DNA from: Eubacteriales bacterium
GTDB taxonomy: Bacteria; Bacillota; Clostridia; Oscillospirales; CAG-272
NCBI GenBank assembly: GCA_045121195.1
Contig: JBGVFO010000167.1
Location: forward strand, 26,015 to 90,014
Direction of reading: 5' to 3'
Length of the DNA: 64,000 nucleotides
In this document: positions 30,118-39,865 of the stretch, piece after piece
Layout: the number at the start of each line of letters is the position of its first letter
How positions within the stretch are numbered: the first letter of the stretch is position 1
Notes under the pieces: generated by a model
What the model was told of the DNA's origin: nothing
Seen by the model: only the letters and a program-made list of their open reading frames with translations
The model's database searches: none
Program-made: the position numbers and the translations under genes

Positions 30118-31428
30118 TTAGACAAGCTGTCCCACAAGACAATCCCCGTCTGTGCTTTGCACAACTACGTCGGCAAAGATCGAATGCATGGCGCGGGGGG
30201 CGGGAACGCGAACCTGTATAAAATTATCGGTGTGTCCGTAGGCAAATCCGTTCTTATAGTCTTCAAAAAGAACGGTAAGACGGGGACGCTCGGTGAGAGC
30301 TTTTTCAAGGATGCCGCGGCGGATCTCGTTCTGACGTGCCGAGAGGATGCGGACCCGCTCGCGGCGGATCGCCTCGGGCACTTGTCCGTCCATAGCGGCG
30401 GCAGGGGTATCCTTCCGCGCGGAATAGGGGAAGGCGTGGATCATAAGGAAGCCCGCCTGCTCAATAAAGGCAAGGGTCTCCTCAAACTCCTTTTCGCCCT
30501 CGTGGGGGAAGCCGAGGATCATATCGGTGGTAAACTGTACGCTCGGCATCGCCTCGCGGAGCAGACGCATGCCGCGAAGTGCCATCTCGGCGTTGTACTT
30601 TCGCTTCATCAGCGCAAGGACGGTATTGCTTCCGCTTTGCATGGAAAGATGAAAGTGGGGGGCGAGGGAGGAGAGGGAGGCGATCCGTTCTACAAACGTG
30701 GGCTTTATGAGGGAAGGGTCGAGAGAGCCAAGACGGACGCGTCCGATGCCCTCAATCTTATCCACCGCCTCCAGAAGGTCAGCGAGAGAAAGCCCGAGAT
30801 CCCGTCCCCAGGACGCCGTTTCAATGCCCGTAAGCACCACCTCGCGGCAACCGTTTGCCACGAGCGCCTTGACCTCCCCGATGACGTCCTCCATCGGCTT
30901 GGAGCGAATGCTTCCGCGGGCGCGGGGGATAATACAGTAGGTGCAGTGGGACTCACAGCCGTCCTCGATCTTGACGTATGCCCGTGTGCGCTCAAAGGTC
31001 TTGATGTGCATTTCCTCAAAGGGAGCGGCTTCGATGGGCGCTACACAGATGCGCGGCGTTTCGTTCTTTTTTTCTGCGGCAAGAAGCCGCTCTGCCGCGT
31101 CTATTACCGAGAGCTTATCGGTGTTTCCGCAGATATAATCGATCCCCGAAACGGTTTTTAGCGCTTCGGGTGCCGTTTGGGAAAGACAGCCCGTCACAAG
31201 AATATACGCCTCGGGATTGCGCGATATGGCGCGACGGATAAACTGCCGTGATTTTCGGTCGCTTTCCGCGGTGACGGTGCAGGTGTTGATCACGTACACG
31301 TCACAGACGTCCGACGGGGATACTACCGCAAAGCCTCTTGCCGCAAACCCCTCGGCAATGGCTTCGGATTCGTATTGATTGACCTTGCATCCCAAGGTAT
31401 AGATGCCTACGGTCGGTTGGCTTGCCAT
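30118..31428 (-). CDS. mtaB: tRNA (N6-threonylcarbamoyladenosine) methylthiotransferase MtaB (MiaB-like radical SAM)
   Basis: MTTase N-terminal domain (CKVNQYESE, VINTCTVT), radical SAM CxxxCxxC (CESHCTYC), and a TRAM-like C-terminus. Confidence 0.85.
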   Translation of the reverse strand: MASQPTVGIYTLGCKVNQYESEAIAEGFAARGFAVVSPSDVCDVYVINTCTVTAESDRKSRQFIRRAISRNPEAYILVTGCLSQTAPEALKTVSGIDYICGNTDKLSVIDAAERLLAAEKKNETPRICVAPIEAAPFEEMHIKTFERTRAYVKIEDGCESHCTYCIIPRARGSIRSKPMEDVIGEVKALVANGCREVVLTGIETASWGRDLGLSLADLLEAVDKIEGIGRVRLGSLDPSLIKPTFVERIASLSSLAPHFHLSMQSGSNTVLALMKRKYNAEMALRGMRLLREAMPSVQFTTDMILGFPHEGEKEFEETLAFIEQAGFLMIHAFPYSARKDTPAAAMDGQVPEAIRRERVRILSARQNEIRRGILEKALTERPRLTVLFEDYKNGFAYGHTDNFIQVRVPAPRAMHSIFADVVVQSTDGDCLVGQLV

Positions 31429-31607
31429 ACCAGCCCTCCCTTCTTAAAATTCTCTTATCAGTATATCACAAAATTTGCTTTTCGTAAAGGCTTATTCGAA
31501 AAATCGGGATGAAGCGATGGGATTTTACAATTTTTTAAAAAACTCTTGAAAAGGGGGGAGAAAGGTAGTATAATGTCTTTGAAAATAAAACAAGGGAGAA
31601 TGAAACC

Positions 31608-32237
31608 ATGAGTCAGCTTCATATCGTAGACCACCCTCTGATCACACACAAGCTTTCCATTATGAGAAATAAGAGAACGGGCTCCAAGGATTTCCGCGAG
31701 CTTTTGAACGAGATTGCTATGCTGATGGGCTATGAGCTCACCCGCGATCTCCCTCTTGAAACCATTTCCATCGAGACCCCTCTGACCAAGATGGACGCCA
31801 AGAGAATCTCGGGTAAGAAATTGGCGATCGTGCCGATCCTTCGCGCAGGTCTTGGTATGGTGGACGGACTTCAGCGTCTGGTTCCCGTGGCAAAGGTGGG
31901 ACACATCGGTCTTTACCGTGATCCCGAGACCCATATGCCCGTAGAATATTACTGCAAGCTTCCCACCGACATTGAGGACAGAATCGTCATTCTCGTTGAC
32001 CCCATGCTGGCAACAGGCGGCTCGGCGGTCGATGCCCTTACCATGCTGAAGAATCGCGGATGCAAGAGCATTCGCTTTATGTGCCTTGTTGCCGCACCCG
32101 AGGGTGTGAAGAAGGTACAGGAGGCGCATCCCGACGTAGAGATCTACACGGCGGCGCTTGACGAGTGCCTGAACGAGCACGCCTATATCGTTCCCGGTCT
32201 TGGTGACGCAGGCGACAGAATCTTCGGTACGCTGTAA
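31608..32237 (+). CDS. upp: uracil phosphoribosyltransferase
   Basis: [36 protein letters not shown]... and the [17 protein letters not shown]-binding motif. Confidence 0.95.
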   Translation: MSQLHIVDHPLITHKLSIMRNKRTGSKDFRELLNEIAMLMGYELTRDLPLETISIETPLTKMDAKRISGKKLAIVPILRAGLGMVDGLQRLVPVAKVGHIGLYRDPETHMPVEYYCKLPTDIEDRIVILVDPMLATGGSAVDALTMLKNRGCKSIRFMCLVAAPEGVKKVQEAHPDVEIYTAALDECLNEHAYIVPGLGDAGDRIFGTL

Positions 32238-32296
32238 GAAAATAGTTCACATTCGGGAGAGCGAAAGGTTCTCCCGTTTGTTTTACAGGGAGTTAT

Positions 32297-33277
32297 ATGC
32301 GAATTTTAACGGTCAACAAAAACGATGCGGGACAGCGACTTGACAAGTTCTTGACTAAGGCGGTCAAGGGGCTTCCGCAGTCCATGATGTACAAGCTGAT
32401 CCGCACAAAGAAGATCAAGCGCAACCGCAAGCGCACCGAGCCGAACGTGATGCTTGAGGTGGGGGACGAGATCCAGCTCTTCATTCGCGAGGAATTCTTC
32501 GATTCCCCCGAAAAGGATACGGCTTCCCTCTATACCATCGAGCCAAAGCTTGAGATCTGCTACGAGGACGAGAATATTCTTCTTTGCAACAAGCGCCCGG
32601 GCGTGCTCGTGCATGAGGATACCGAGGGCGCGGACAATACCCTCATTATGCACATCAAGGCGTATCTCTGGCGCAAGGGGGAATACGATCCCGCGTCGGA
32701 GCAGTCCTTTGCGCCCGCCCTTTGCAACCGTATCGACCGCAATACGGGGGGCATCGTTATCGCCGCCAAGAATGCCGAGGCACTTCGGGTGATGAACGAA
32801 AAGATCCGTGACGACGAGCTTCGCAAGTTCTATTATTGCGTGGTACACGGTGTTCCGAAAAGGAGGGAAGCTACCCTTCGCGGCTGGCTTCGCAAGGACA
32901 GCGCAAGCAACACGGTGAAGGTCGCCGACGAACGGTTTGCGGGCAGTAAGGAGATCATCACCAAATATCGCGTGATCGCCACCCGAGGGGACGAGAGCCT
33001 GCTTGAGGTGGAGCTGGTCACGGGACGCACCCATCAGATCCGCGCCCATCTGGCGCATATCGGTCATCCCCTTCTCGGTGACGGCAAGTACGGCATCAAC
33101 CGAGAGGACAGACGCCGCGGCTATAAATATCAGGCGCTCTATGCGTTTCGCCTGATCTTTGCCTTCAAGACGGATGGAGGCGCATTGGAATATCTTCGGG
33201 ACAAGCGGGTCGAGCTTCCCGAGGACGCCGTTTGGTTCTTAAAGGATTTTCTTCCAAAGGGTAGGACACGAGTATGA
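32297..33277 (+). CDS. RluA-family 23S rRNA pseudouridine synthase (RluC/RluD-like) with S4 domain
   Basis: S4-like N-terminus, HRLDRxTxG-equivalent (CNRIDRNTGG) and GRTHQIRAH motifs. Confidence 0.85.
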   Translation: MRILTVNKNDAGQRLDKFLTKAVKGLPQSMMYKLIRTKKIKRNRKRTEPNVMLEVGDEIQLFIREEFFDSPEKDTASLYTIEPKLEICYEDENILLCNKRPGVLVHEDTEGADNTLIMHIKAYLWRKGEYDPASEQSFAPALCNRIDRNTGGIVIAAKNAEALRVMNEKIRDDELRKFYYCVVHGVPKRREATLRGWLRKDSASNTVKVADERFAGSKEIITKYRVIATRGDESLLEVELVTGRTHQIRAHLAHIGHPLLGDGKYGINREDRRRGYKYQALYAFRLIFAFKTDGGALEYLRDKRVELPEDAVWFLKDFLPKGRTRV

Positions 33278-34863
33278 AACCGATCATGACCTATCTTGAG
33301 GATCGCCGCCTGCGCTGGCTGTGCCTTGCGATCAGTGCCGTTCTTTTGGGAGTCACCGTGTGCTTTCCCGCGGTGGGCATTCTTGAATGGATCGCTCTTG
33401 TCCCTATGGCGCTGGTGCTTTTCTTTGAAACGCGGCGGGAGAAATTTTCCTTCGGCAGGGCGTATCTTGTGGGTCTTGCCTTCTTTGAGATCTACCTTGC
33501 GGTGATCTACCATTGGTTTTTCTATATGTACCCGCTGGACTTCCTCGGGATGTCCAAGGGTGCGGCGGCGGTCGTTGTGGTCGTTGCTTGCCTTGGGCTG
33601 GCGTTTCTTCACGCCATTCCAAGCGCATTGTTCTTTCCGCTGCTTTTGGTAGCGGCGAGAGGGAAGGCGGTGAAGCGGTGTCCACTCCTTATGCCGCTTC
33701 TCGCGGCGGCGCTCTGGTGCGTTGCCGAGTGGTCGCTGACTCTTGGCTGGTCGGGCGTGCCGTGGGCGCGGTTGGCACTTGGACAGATGGCGTTGATTCC
33801 CATGGTGCAGACGGCGTCAATCTTCGGCTCCTACGGGATTACCTTTCTTATCGTCCTCGTCAATTTTCTGTTGGCGTATGCCGTGCTTGAAAAAAAGCGG
33901 ATGGCGGTAGCCGTATCGCTCCTGCTTGTCGCCATCAATCTTGCGGCGGGCTGCGTGCTGATGTTGAGGGAGCCTGCCGAGGGAGAACCCATTCGCATGG
34001 CGGCGATTCAGGGCAATATCTCCTCCAAGGACAAGTGGGACGACGATAGCTTTATCGATTCTTTGACGGTCTATACCCGATATACCCAGCGGGCGGCGAC
34101 GGACGGCGCTACCGTGGTGGTCTGGCCCGAGAGCGTGGTGCCGTACAGCATCAACGAGCTGCCATCGGTGGATTCCTACCTGCGTACCCTTGCGAAAACC
34201 GAGGAGATCCATCTGCTTGTGGGAGGCTTCTTGACCGACGGCGACGAGATCTACAACGCCGTTTACGCATACGCTCCCGATGGCAGTCTGAACGAAACCT
34301 ACTATTTCAAGCGGCGGCTCGTTCCCTTTGGCGAATTTTTGCCCATGGAGGGCTTTATCCGCACCTTTATTCCGCCTCTTGCGGAGCTTAACACCCTTGC
34401 GAAGGATCTTGAGGCGGGGAAGGATAGTAATATTATCCACACCGACGCGGGCGACTTCGGTTGCCTGATCTGCTTTGACTCGATCTACGAGGAGCTGGTG
34501 CGCGACAGCGTACGGGACGGCGCCGAGATCATTCTTCTTTCCACCAACGATTCCTGGTTCTCCGATTCGGCGGCGCTTTATATGCACAACCGCCAGGCGG
34601 TGCTCCGCGCCATCGAGAACGGGCGGTACGTGGTGCGCTCCGCCAACACGGGCATTTCGTCGATCATCACCCCCAAGGGTGAGATCCTCGACTCGGTGGG
34701 GGCTCTGCGAAAGGGCTATGCCGTGGAGGACGTGTATTTGAAAACGAACACGACACTTTACAGCCGCATCGGAAACGTGGTGGTGTGGCTATCCATGGCG
34801 CTTTGGCTTGCCGTGGTGTCCTATAACGTAACGGAAAAAATTTCAGATAATAAAAAGCGCTGA
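33274..34863 (+). CDS. lnt: apolipoprotein N-acyltransferase
   Basis: N-terminal polytopic membrane domain plus C-terminal CN-hydrolase domain (...VVWPE..., LICFDSIYEE with catalytic Cys). 529 aa. Confidence 0.8.
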   Translation: MKPIMTYLEDRRLRWLCLAISAVLLGVTVCFPAVGILEWIALVPMALVLFFETRREKFSFGRAYLVGLAFFEIYLAVIYHWFFYMYPLDFLGMSKGAAAVVVVVACLGLAFLHAIPSALFFPLLLVAARGKAVKRCPLLMPLLAAALWCVAEWSLTLGWSGVPWARLALGQMALIPMVQTASIFGSYGITFLIVLVNFLLAYAVLEKKRMAVAVSLLLVAINLAAGCVLMLREPAEGEPIRMAAIQGNISSKDKWDDDSFIDSLTVYTRYTQRAATDGATVVVWPESVVPYSINELPSVDSYLRTLAKTEEIHLLVGGFLTDGDEIYNAVYAYAPDGSLNETYYFKRRLVPFGEFLPMEGFIRTFIPPLAELNTLAKDLEAGKDSNIIHTDAGDFGCLICFDSIYEELVRDSVRDGAEIILLSTNDSWFSDSAALYMHNRQAVLRAIENGRYVVRSANTGISSIITPKGEILDSVGALRKGYAVEDVYLKTNTTLYSRIGNVVVWLSMALWLAVVSYNVTEKISDNKKR

Positions 34864-34965
34864 GCTTTCTCACTGCGTTCTTAGCGAAGAACTAGCAGCA
34901 CGAAAACTTCGGCAGAGAACTTGTTTTCTCTGCCGATTTGTGTTATAATAATGCGGGTGGTGGAA

Positions 34966-35466
34966 ATGAATAATGGGCAAGAATTGCCCAAACGAAAAAA
35001 GAACCGTTTGGAAAATTATGATTATAGCTCCTGCGGTGCATATTTTATTACAGTATGCACGTTAGAGAGAAAAAATTATTTTTGGAAAGATGTAGGGGCG
35101 ATCATTGATCGCCCGCAAAACGTTGAATTATCGTTATACGGCAAGATGGTCGATCAGGCAATACAAAATATTCCATCTGCCTATCCTGCATTGTCGCTTG
35201 AAAGCTATGTGATTATGCCGAATCATATCCACATTTTATTGCGAGTTTGCTCCGATGAATACGGGCGACCACTGGTCGCCCCTACAATGTCACGGGTTGT
35301 AAAACAACTTAAAGGAATCGTTTCAAAACAGATCGGGATAAGCATCTGGCAGAAATCATTCCATGATCACATTATCAGAAACCGCAAAGATTACGAAGAA
35401 CATCTGCGGTATATATACGACAATCCGATGCGTTGGTACTATGATGAACTATACACAGAAGAATAG
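34966..35466 (+). CDS. IS200/IS605-family Y1 HUH transposase / REP-associated tyrosine transposase (RAYT)-like, copy 1
   Basis: HUH motif (MPNHIHILL) and C-terminal WQKSFHDHIIRNRKDYEEHLRYIYDNPMRW. Preceded by hairpin TCGGCAGAG-N10-CTCTGCCGA and a TGnTATAAT extended -10. Local AT-rich composition. Confidence 0.75.
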   Translation: MNNGQELPKRKKNRLENYDYSSCGAYFITVCTLERKNYFWKDVGAIIDRPQNVELSLYGKMVDQAIQNIPSAYPALSLESYVIMPNHIHILLRVCSDEYGRPLVAPTMSRVVKQLKGIVSKQIGISIWQKSFHDHIIRNRKDYEEHLRYIYDNPMRWYYDELYTEE

Positions 35467-35535
35467 GGGTATGGGCTTAGCCCGAAGCCTTTGTAATACA
35501 AAGGCGAAACTGGCGCGATAAAGGAGGAATAAGAA

Positions 35536-35787
35536 TTGGATAACAACAGAATCATAGAGGCGCATAAGTATAGTTCGAATCATAAAAAAGAATTGAAAAA
35601 AGACAATTTATGTGGATGCTTTTATTGTTTGAAAATTTTTAATCCTAAAGAAATAAAAGTTTGGATAAAGGATACGGATGGAACAGCATTATGTCCTTAT
35701 TGCGGAATAGATTCCGTTATAGGAGCGTACTCGGGATTTCCGATAACAACCGAATTTTTGTCTGAAATGAAAAAATACTGGTTTTAA
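35536..35787 (+). CDS. small Cys-rich (CxC...CxxC...CxxC) putative zinc-ribbon protein, hypothetical
   Basis: 83 aa. AAGGAGG RBS then TTG start. Cysteines in CGCFYC and CPYC. AT-rich codon usage unlike the surrounding genome. Terminator hairpin follows (~35795-35830). Confidence 0.4.
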   Translation: MDNNRIIEAHKYSSNHKKELKKDNLCGCFYCLKIFNPKEIKVWIKDTDGTALCPYCGIDSVIGAYSGFPITTEFLSEMKKYWF

Positions 35788-35925
35788 TACAAAAGCCCGA
35801 CAGACTCTTCTGGAACCTGTCGGACTTTCTATTTGTTTACTGCGAAGCAAATCTATGCCATATGGGAAAATAGCTTTTGATTTCCCGCTAATTGTGCACG
35901 AGGTTCACTCTGCGCTTTTCTCATA

Positions 35926-36549
35926 TTATTTCTCGGGATCGAGGTATTTCCAGCAAGCGGTGATGTAATTGATGCCCGACCAAACGGTGAATACAATGGC
36001 GACGGCGGTGGTAAAGTAAGTAAGAGCGTAGAAGCCACCGAAGAAGAAGTCGGGAACGGCGCGACCGATCAGGTCGTGTACAACAGGCTCAACCAGCGCC
36101 AGAATAATGCAAACGATCTGGGACACCGTCTTGATCTTGCCCAGCATATTGGCGGCAACCACTACGTTTGCCTTGGTGGAGGCAATCAGTCGGATGGATG
36201 CTACTGCCAGCTCGCGGAAGATGGTGACGATCAGCATGACCATAAAGATCCAGAACATTAGATCATTGTTTCCGAAAGCATCACCCACTACTCGGTAACG
36301 GCAGACCACACCGAAGATGGCGGCAATGACCATAAACTTGTCAGCGAGAGGGTCAAGGAACTTGCCGAAATCGGTGATCAAATTGTCGCGGCGTGCGATC
36401 TTGCCGTCAAAATAGTCGGTAATGGACGCGCCCGCGAATACGATCAGGGCAATGATATTATTGACGATGGAGTAGGGGAGAAGCATGACCACAAGGATCA
36501 CGGGGACGAGAAGCAGACGAAGAACCGTCAGCTTGTTGGGAAGATTCAT
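35926..36549 (-). CDS. pgsA: CDP-diacylglycerol--glycerol-3-phosphate 3-phosphatidyltransferase
   Basis: CDP-alcohol phosphatidyltransferase motif DYFDGKIARRDNLITDFGKFLDPLADK. Confidence 0.85.
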   Translation of the reverse strand: MNLPNKLTVLRLLLVPVILVVMLLPYSIVNNIIALIVFAGASITDYFDGKIARRDNLITDFGKFLDPLADKFMVIAAIFGVVCRYRVVGDAFGNNDLMFWIFMVMLIVTIFRELAVASIRLIASTKANVVVAANMLGKIKTVSQIVCIILALVEPVVHDLIGRAVPDFFFGGFYALTYFTTAVAIVFTVWSGINYITACWKYLDPEK

Positions 36550-36573
36550 TTTCATATCACGTTACCTCTCTTT

Positions 36574-37926
36574 TTATTGTACGCTTGCCGTAACGGCAAC
36601 GCCGAACAGATCGTAGTCCACCACCTCGCGGATCTTTACCTTGACGAAGGAGCCGGGGGCGATGCGAACGTCGCTTCTGAAATAGATCTTGCCGTCGATG
36701 TCGGGGGCGTCCATGACGGAGCGCCCGAAATGCGCCTCGCTGACGGGATCAAAGTCCTCGCAGAGCACCGTGAGGGTCTTGCCCACCATCTTTTGGTTGT
36801 TGGATTCGTTGATCTCAAACTGCTCACGCATCAGGATGTCGCACCGATCCTGCTTGACCTGCTCGTCAATCTGGTCGGGGAAATCGTAGGCGGGGGTGTC
36901 CTCCTCGCGAGAGTAGGTAAATACGCCCGCGCGGTCGAATCGCGTTTCCTTAACGAAGTCGCAAAGCTCCTCGAAATCCTCTTCCGTTTCGCCGGGGAAG
37001 CCGACGATGAAGGTGGTGCGGATAATAATATCGGGAATCTCGCGGCGGAGCTTTCCGATCACCTCCTCGATCATGGCACGGTCGCCGTGACGGTTCATGG
37101 CGGTAAGCATATGGTCGGAGATGTGCTGAACGGGAAGGTCGATGTACTTGATAATGCGGGGATTGTCGCGGATCTCGGCGATCAGCTCGTCGGTGATCTT
37201 GTCGGGATAGCAATAGAGAAGACGGATCCACGGGATATCGGTTTCCTCGGTGATGCGGCGGAGAAGGGCGGCGAGCTTATATTCGCCGTACAGATCCTTT
37301 CCGTAGCGGGTGATGTCCTGAGCGATAACGTTCAGCTCGCGGACACCCAGTGCCTCTAGCTGCTTTGCCTCGGCAACAAGATCCTCCATGGGACGGCTGC
37401 GGAATTTTCCGCGGATGCCGGGGATGGCGCAATAGGCGCACTTGTTGTCACAGCCCTCGGCGATCTTGATGTACGCCGAGTAGTCGGGGGTGGTCAGAAT
37501 TCTGTCACCGCCGAGGCGCACCTCGTCGTTCTTTTCATAGGAAGAATATTTACGCTTCGAGCCCTTTTTGCGCTTGGTGGTAACCGACTCGACCGCCTCT
37601 ACGATATTGTGGATACTGCCCACGCCGAGGATCGCATCGACCTCAGGCAGTTCTTCGAAGATGCTGTCACGGTAGCGCTCGGCAAGGCATCCCGTCACCA
37701 CGATCGCCTTGAGGGTGTGGTGCTTTTTCAACCACGCAATATCTAAGATGTTGTCGATCGACTCCTTTTTCGCGCTCTCAATAAAGGCGCAGGTATTAAT
37801 GATCACAACGTCTGCCTCGGTCTCCTCGGGGGTGATCTCGTATCCCGCCTCGGCAAGCTCGTGCAGCATGACCTCGGTGTCAAGCTGGTTCTTGGAGCAG
37901 CCAAGAGAAACAAATCCGATCTTCAT
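36574..37926 (-). CDS. rimO: ribosomal protein S12 (D88) methylthiotransferase RimO
   Basis: MTTase N-domain (MKIGFVSLGCSKNQLDTE, IINTCAFI), radical SAM CDNKCAYC, and a C-terminal TRAM domain. Confidence 0.9.
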   Translation of the reverse strand: MKIGFVSLGCSKNQLDTEVMLHELAEAGYEITPEETEADVVIINTCAFIESAKKESIDNILDIAWLKKHHTLKAIVVTGCLAERYRDSIFEELPEVDAILGVGSIHNIVEAVESVTTKRKKGSKRKYSSYEKNDEVRLGGDRILTTPDYSAYIKIAEGCDNKCAYCAIPGIRGKFRSRPMEDLVAEAKQLEALGVRELNVIAQDITRYGKDLYGEYKLAALLRRITEETDIPWIRLLYCYPDKITDELIAEIRDNPRIIKYIDLPVQHISDHMLTAMNRHGDRAMIEEVIGKLRREIPDIIIRTTFIVGFPGETEEDFEELCDFVKETRFDRAGVFTYSREEDTPAYDFPDQIDEQVKQDRCDILMREQFEINESNNQKMVGKTLTVLCEDFDPVSEAHFGRSVMDAPDIDGKIYFRSDVRIAPGSFVKVKIREVVDYDLFGVAVTASVQ

Positions 37927-38103
37927 TTGATCCGTCCTTTCTGGGGGGAAGATAATCTCATCTAATAATGATACCATATTTGGATGTCCGTGTCAACCGA
38001 TTTTCCTTTGAAAAAATTTTAAAAAATCTTCCGAACCCTCTTGACAATCATTTGACCGTGTGATATAATCATAGTGTAATCGAAAGCGGAAAGGAGAAAT
38101 AGT

Positions 38104-38682
38104 ATGAACCTGATCGTAGACGACAGTATGATACCGGGGACGATCTTAAAGCGCGCCGACATGGGAAATGCGACGGGATTGGAGTTCCTCAACAAGATCT
38201 TCTACATTTCCGACGGCATTATGATGTCGGAGATCCGAGGTATTTCGGGAATTGACACCTCCACCCTTCAGAATTGGGTCAAGCGCCACTGGGTAGAGAG
38301 TGCCAAGCTTAAGAAGTATAACATTGACCAGGTCGCGCATATTCTCATTATTAATATGCTTCGTGCCTGTATGCAGCTGGACCACATCGCGTTTCTGATC
38401 CGTTACATTAACGGAAGCGTAGAATCGCGGGAGGACGATATTATCAGAGATTCGGTCCTTTACGATTATATCTGTCGGATCATCGACCGTATGACCGAGA
38501 AGGACTGCGTCCCGGAGCAAAAGGTAAAGCAATATATCGAGGAGGTCACCTCGGACTATCAGGAAAAGGTAAGCGGTGCCAGACGCAGGTTGGCAAACGC
38601 GCTTGAGATCATCATTGTGGCGTACTACGCTTCACTGATGAAGCAGCGCTCCGATGCTATGCTTGCCGCCCTTATGAAATGA
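38104..38682 (+). CDS. DUF1836-like domain protein (from memory), hypothetical
   Basis: ISGIDTSTLQNWVKRHWV resembles the DUF1836 signature region. First gene of the NfeD/flotillin operon. Confidence 0.45.
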   Translation: MNLIVDDSMIPGTILKRADMGNATGLEFLNKIFYISDGIMMSEIRGISGIDTSTLQNWVKRHWVESAKLKKYNIDQVAHILIINMLRACMQLDHIAFLIRYINGSVESREDDIIRDSVLYDYICRIIDRMTEKDCVPEQKVKQYIEEVTSDYQEKVSGARRRLANALEIIIVAYYASLMKQRSDAMLAALMK

Positions 38683-38712
38683 TTTTGACAGAGAATAGAA
38701 GGAGGACTTATT

Positions 38713-39327
38713 ATGTTTGAATGGTGGGACACCTTAAATACGGTGCAACGGGTCTTTGCTATGATCGCCATTCCGTCTACCTTGATCATGGTGATACAGA
38801 CGGTAATGCTGGCGCTTGGCTGGATCGGTGACAGCGACGTGGATATGGACGACGCGCCCGATGGGGACGGCGATCTTGCGGACGACGGTCTGACCCTGTT
38901 CTCGGTTCGCGGCATCGTAGCGATGCTTGCCGTAACGGGCTGGACGGCGATCGCTTTTATCGAAAGCGGACTGAATCAGATCGCTTCGGTTCTAATCGCT
39001 ATCGTTCTCGGCTTCCTGACCCTTGTGGGAATGGCGTATTTTATGCGCGCCGTATACCGTCTTCAGGCGTCGGGCAACCTTGACATAGAAAATGCCGTCG
39101 GCAAGGTGGCAAAGGTATATATTCCCATTGCGGGGAACGCCAAGAAGCAGGGAAAGGTTACCATGACCCTGCAGGAAAAGTATTGCGAATTTGACGCGAT
39201 CACTACCTCGTCCGAGACTCTACCCACAGGCTCGTACGTTCGCGTGGTTGCCGTGGACGGCACGGGAACCCTCGTGGTAGAGCCGATTGCCGAGGAAAAA
39301 AAGGAGAGCGCGGATGAAGAAGCATGA
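38713..39327 (+). CDS. NfeD-like membrane protein (short form, OB-fold C-terminus)
   Basis: N-terminal TM helices and a C-terminal ~70-aa soluble domain. Lies upstream of a flotillin gene, as in yuaF-yuaG-type operons. Confidence 0.6.
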   Translation: MFEWWDTLNTVQRVFAMIAIPSTLIMVIQTVMLALGWIGDSDVDMDDAPDGDGDLADDGLTLFSVRGIVAMLAVTGWTAIAFIESGLNQIASVLIAIVLGFLTLVGMAYFMRAVYRLQASGNLDIENAVGKVAKVYIPIAGNAKKQGKVTMTLQEKYCEFDAITTSSETLPTGSYVRVVAVDGTGTLVVEPIAEEKKESADEEA

Positions 39328-39844
39328 TCTTGCGGTGTTTGCCGTCTTTGATCTGATGTATCTTGCGATCTCGTGCCTTGCGGCGTCGGTCATCGGCTTT
39401 GTGGTCATATGGGGCGTGAATCTGTTTTACGATACAGGCTTTGCCGTAGACGCGGGCGTTCGCGCAGGCGTCCTTGGACTGGTGTCGGTAGGGTTGTGCG
39501 CGGTCTTTGCGTATTATGACGGATACCGCTACGCAAGCTTCTCCTGGCGCGGCTCTCTGATCTCGGCGGGCATTGCCGCCGCCGTGCATTACGGCTTGGG
39601 TCTTGCTATCCGCTTCGCGCCCATCCTGTTCGGTCCCACACGGCATCTTTCGGGTCTTATCGCCTTTGGCAAACACTATAACGAGGCGCGGATCGCGTCG
39701 ATCCCCCTCGGCACACTTGCCCTTGTGGGCGCTATTATGATGTTGGTATACGTCGGAGCCTTTCTCCTTGCGGGTCGGCTGGGTTGCGCAAACCGCTTGC
39801 GCGATCGGGCAGAAACGATAGGCGGGGCAACGACATCCAAATAA
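39314..39844 (+). CDS. hypothetical polytopic membrane protein inserted between NfeD and flotillin genes
   Basis: AGGAG RBS. ATG overlaps the NfeD 3' end. 4-5 hydrophobic helices. Confidence 0.45.
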   Translation: MKKHDLAVFAVFDLMYLAISCLAASVIGFVVIWGVNLFYDTGFAVDAGVRAGVLGLVSVGLCAVFAYYDGYRYASFSWRGSLISAGIAAAVHYGLGLAIRFAPILFGPTRHLSGLIAFGKHYNEARIASIPLGTLALVGAIMMLVYVGAFLLAGRLGCANRLRDRAETIGGATTSK

Positions 39845-39865
39845 CATTACAACGGAGGTACTATT

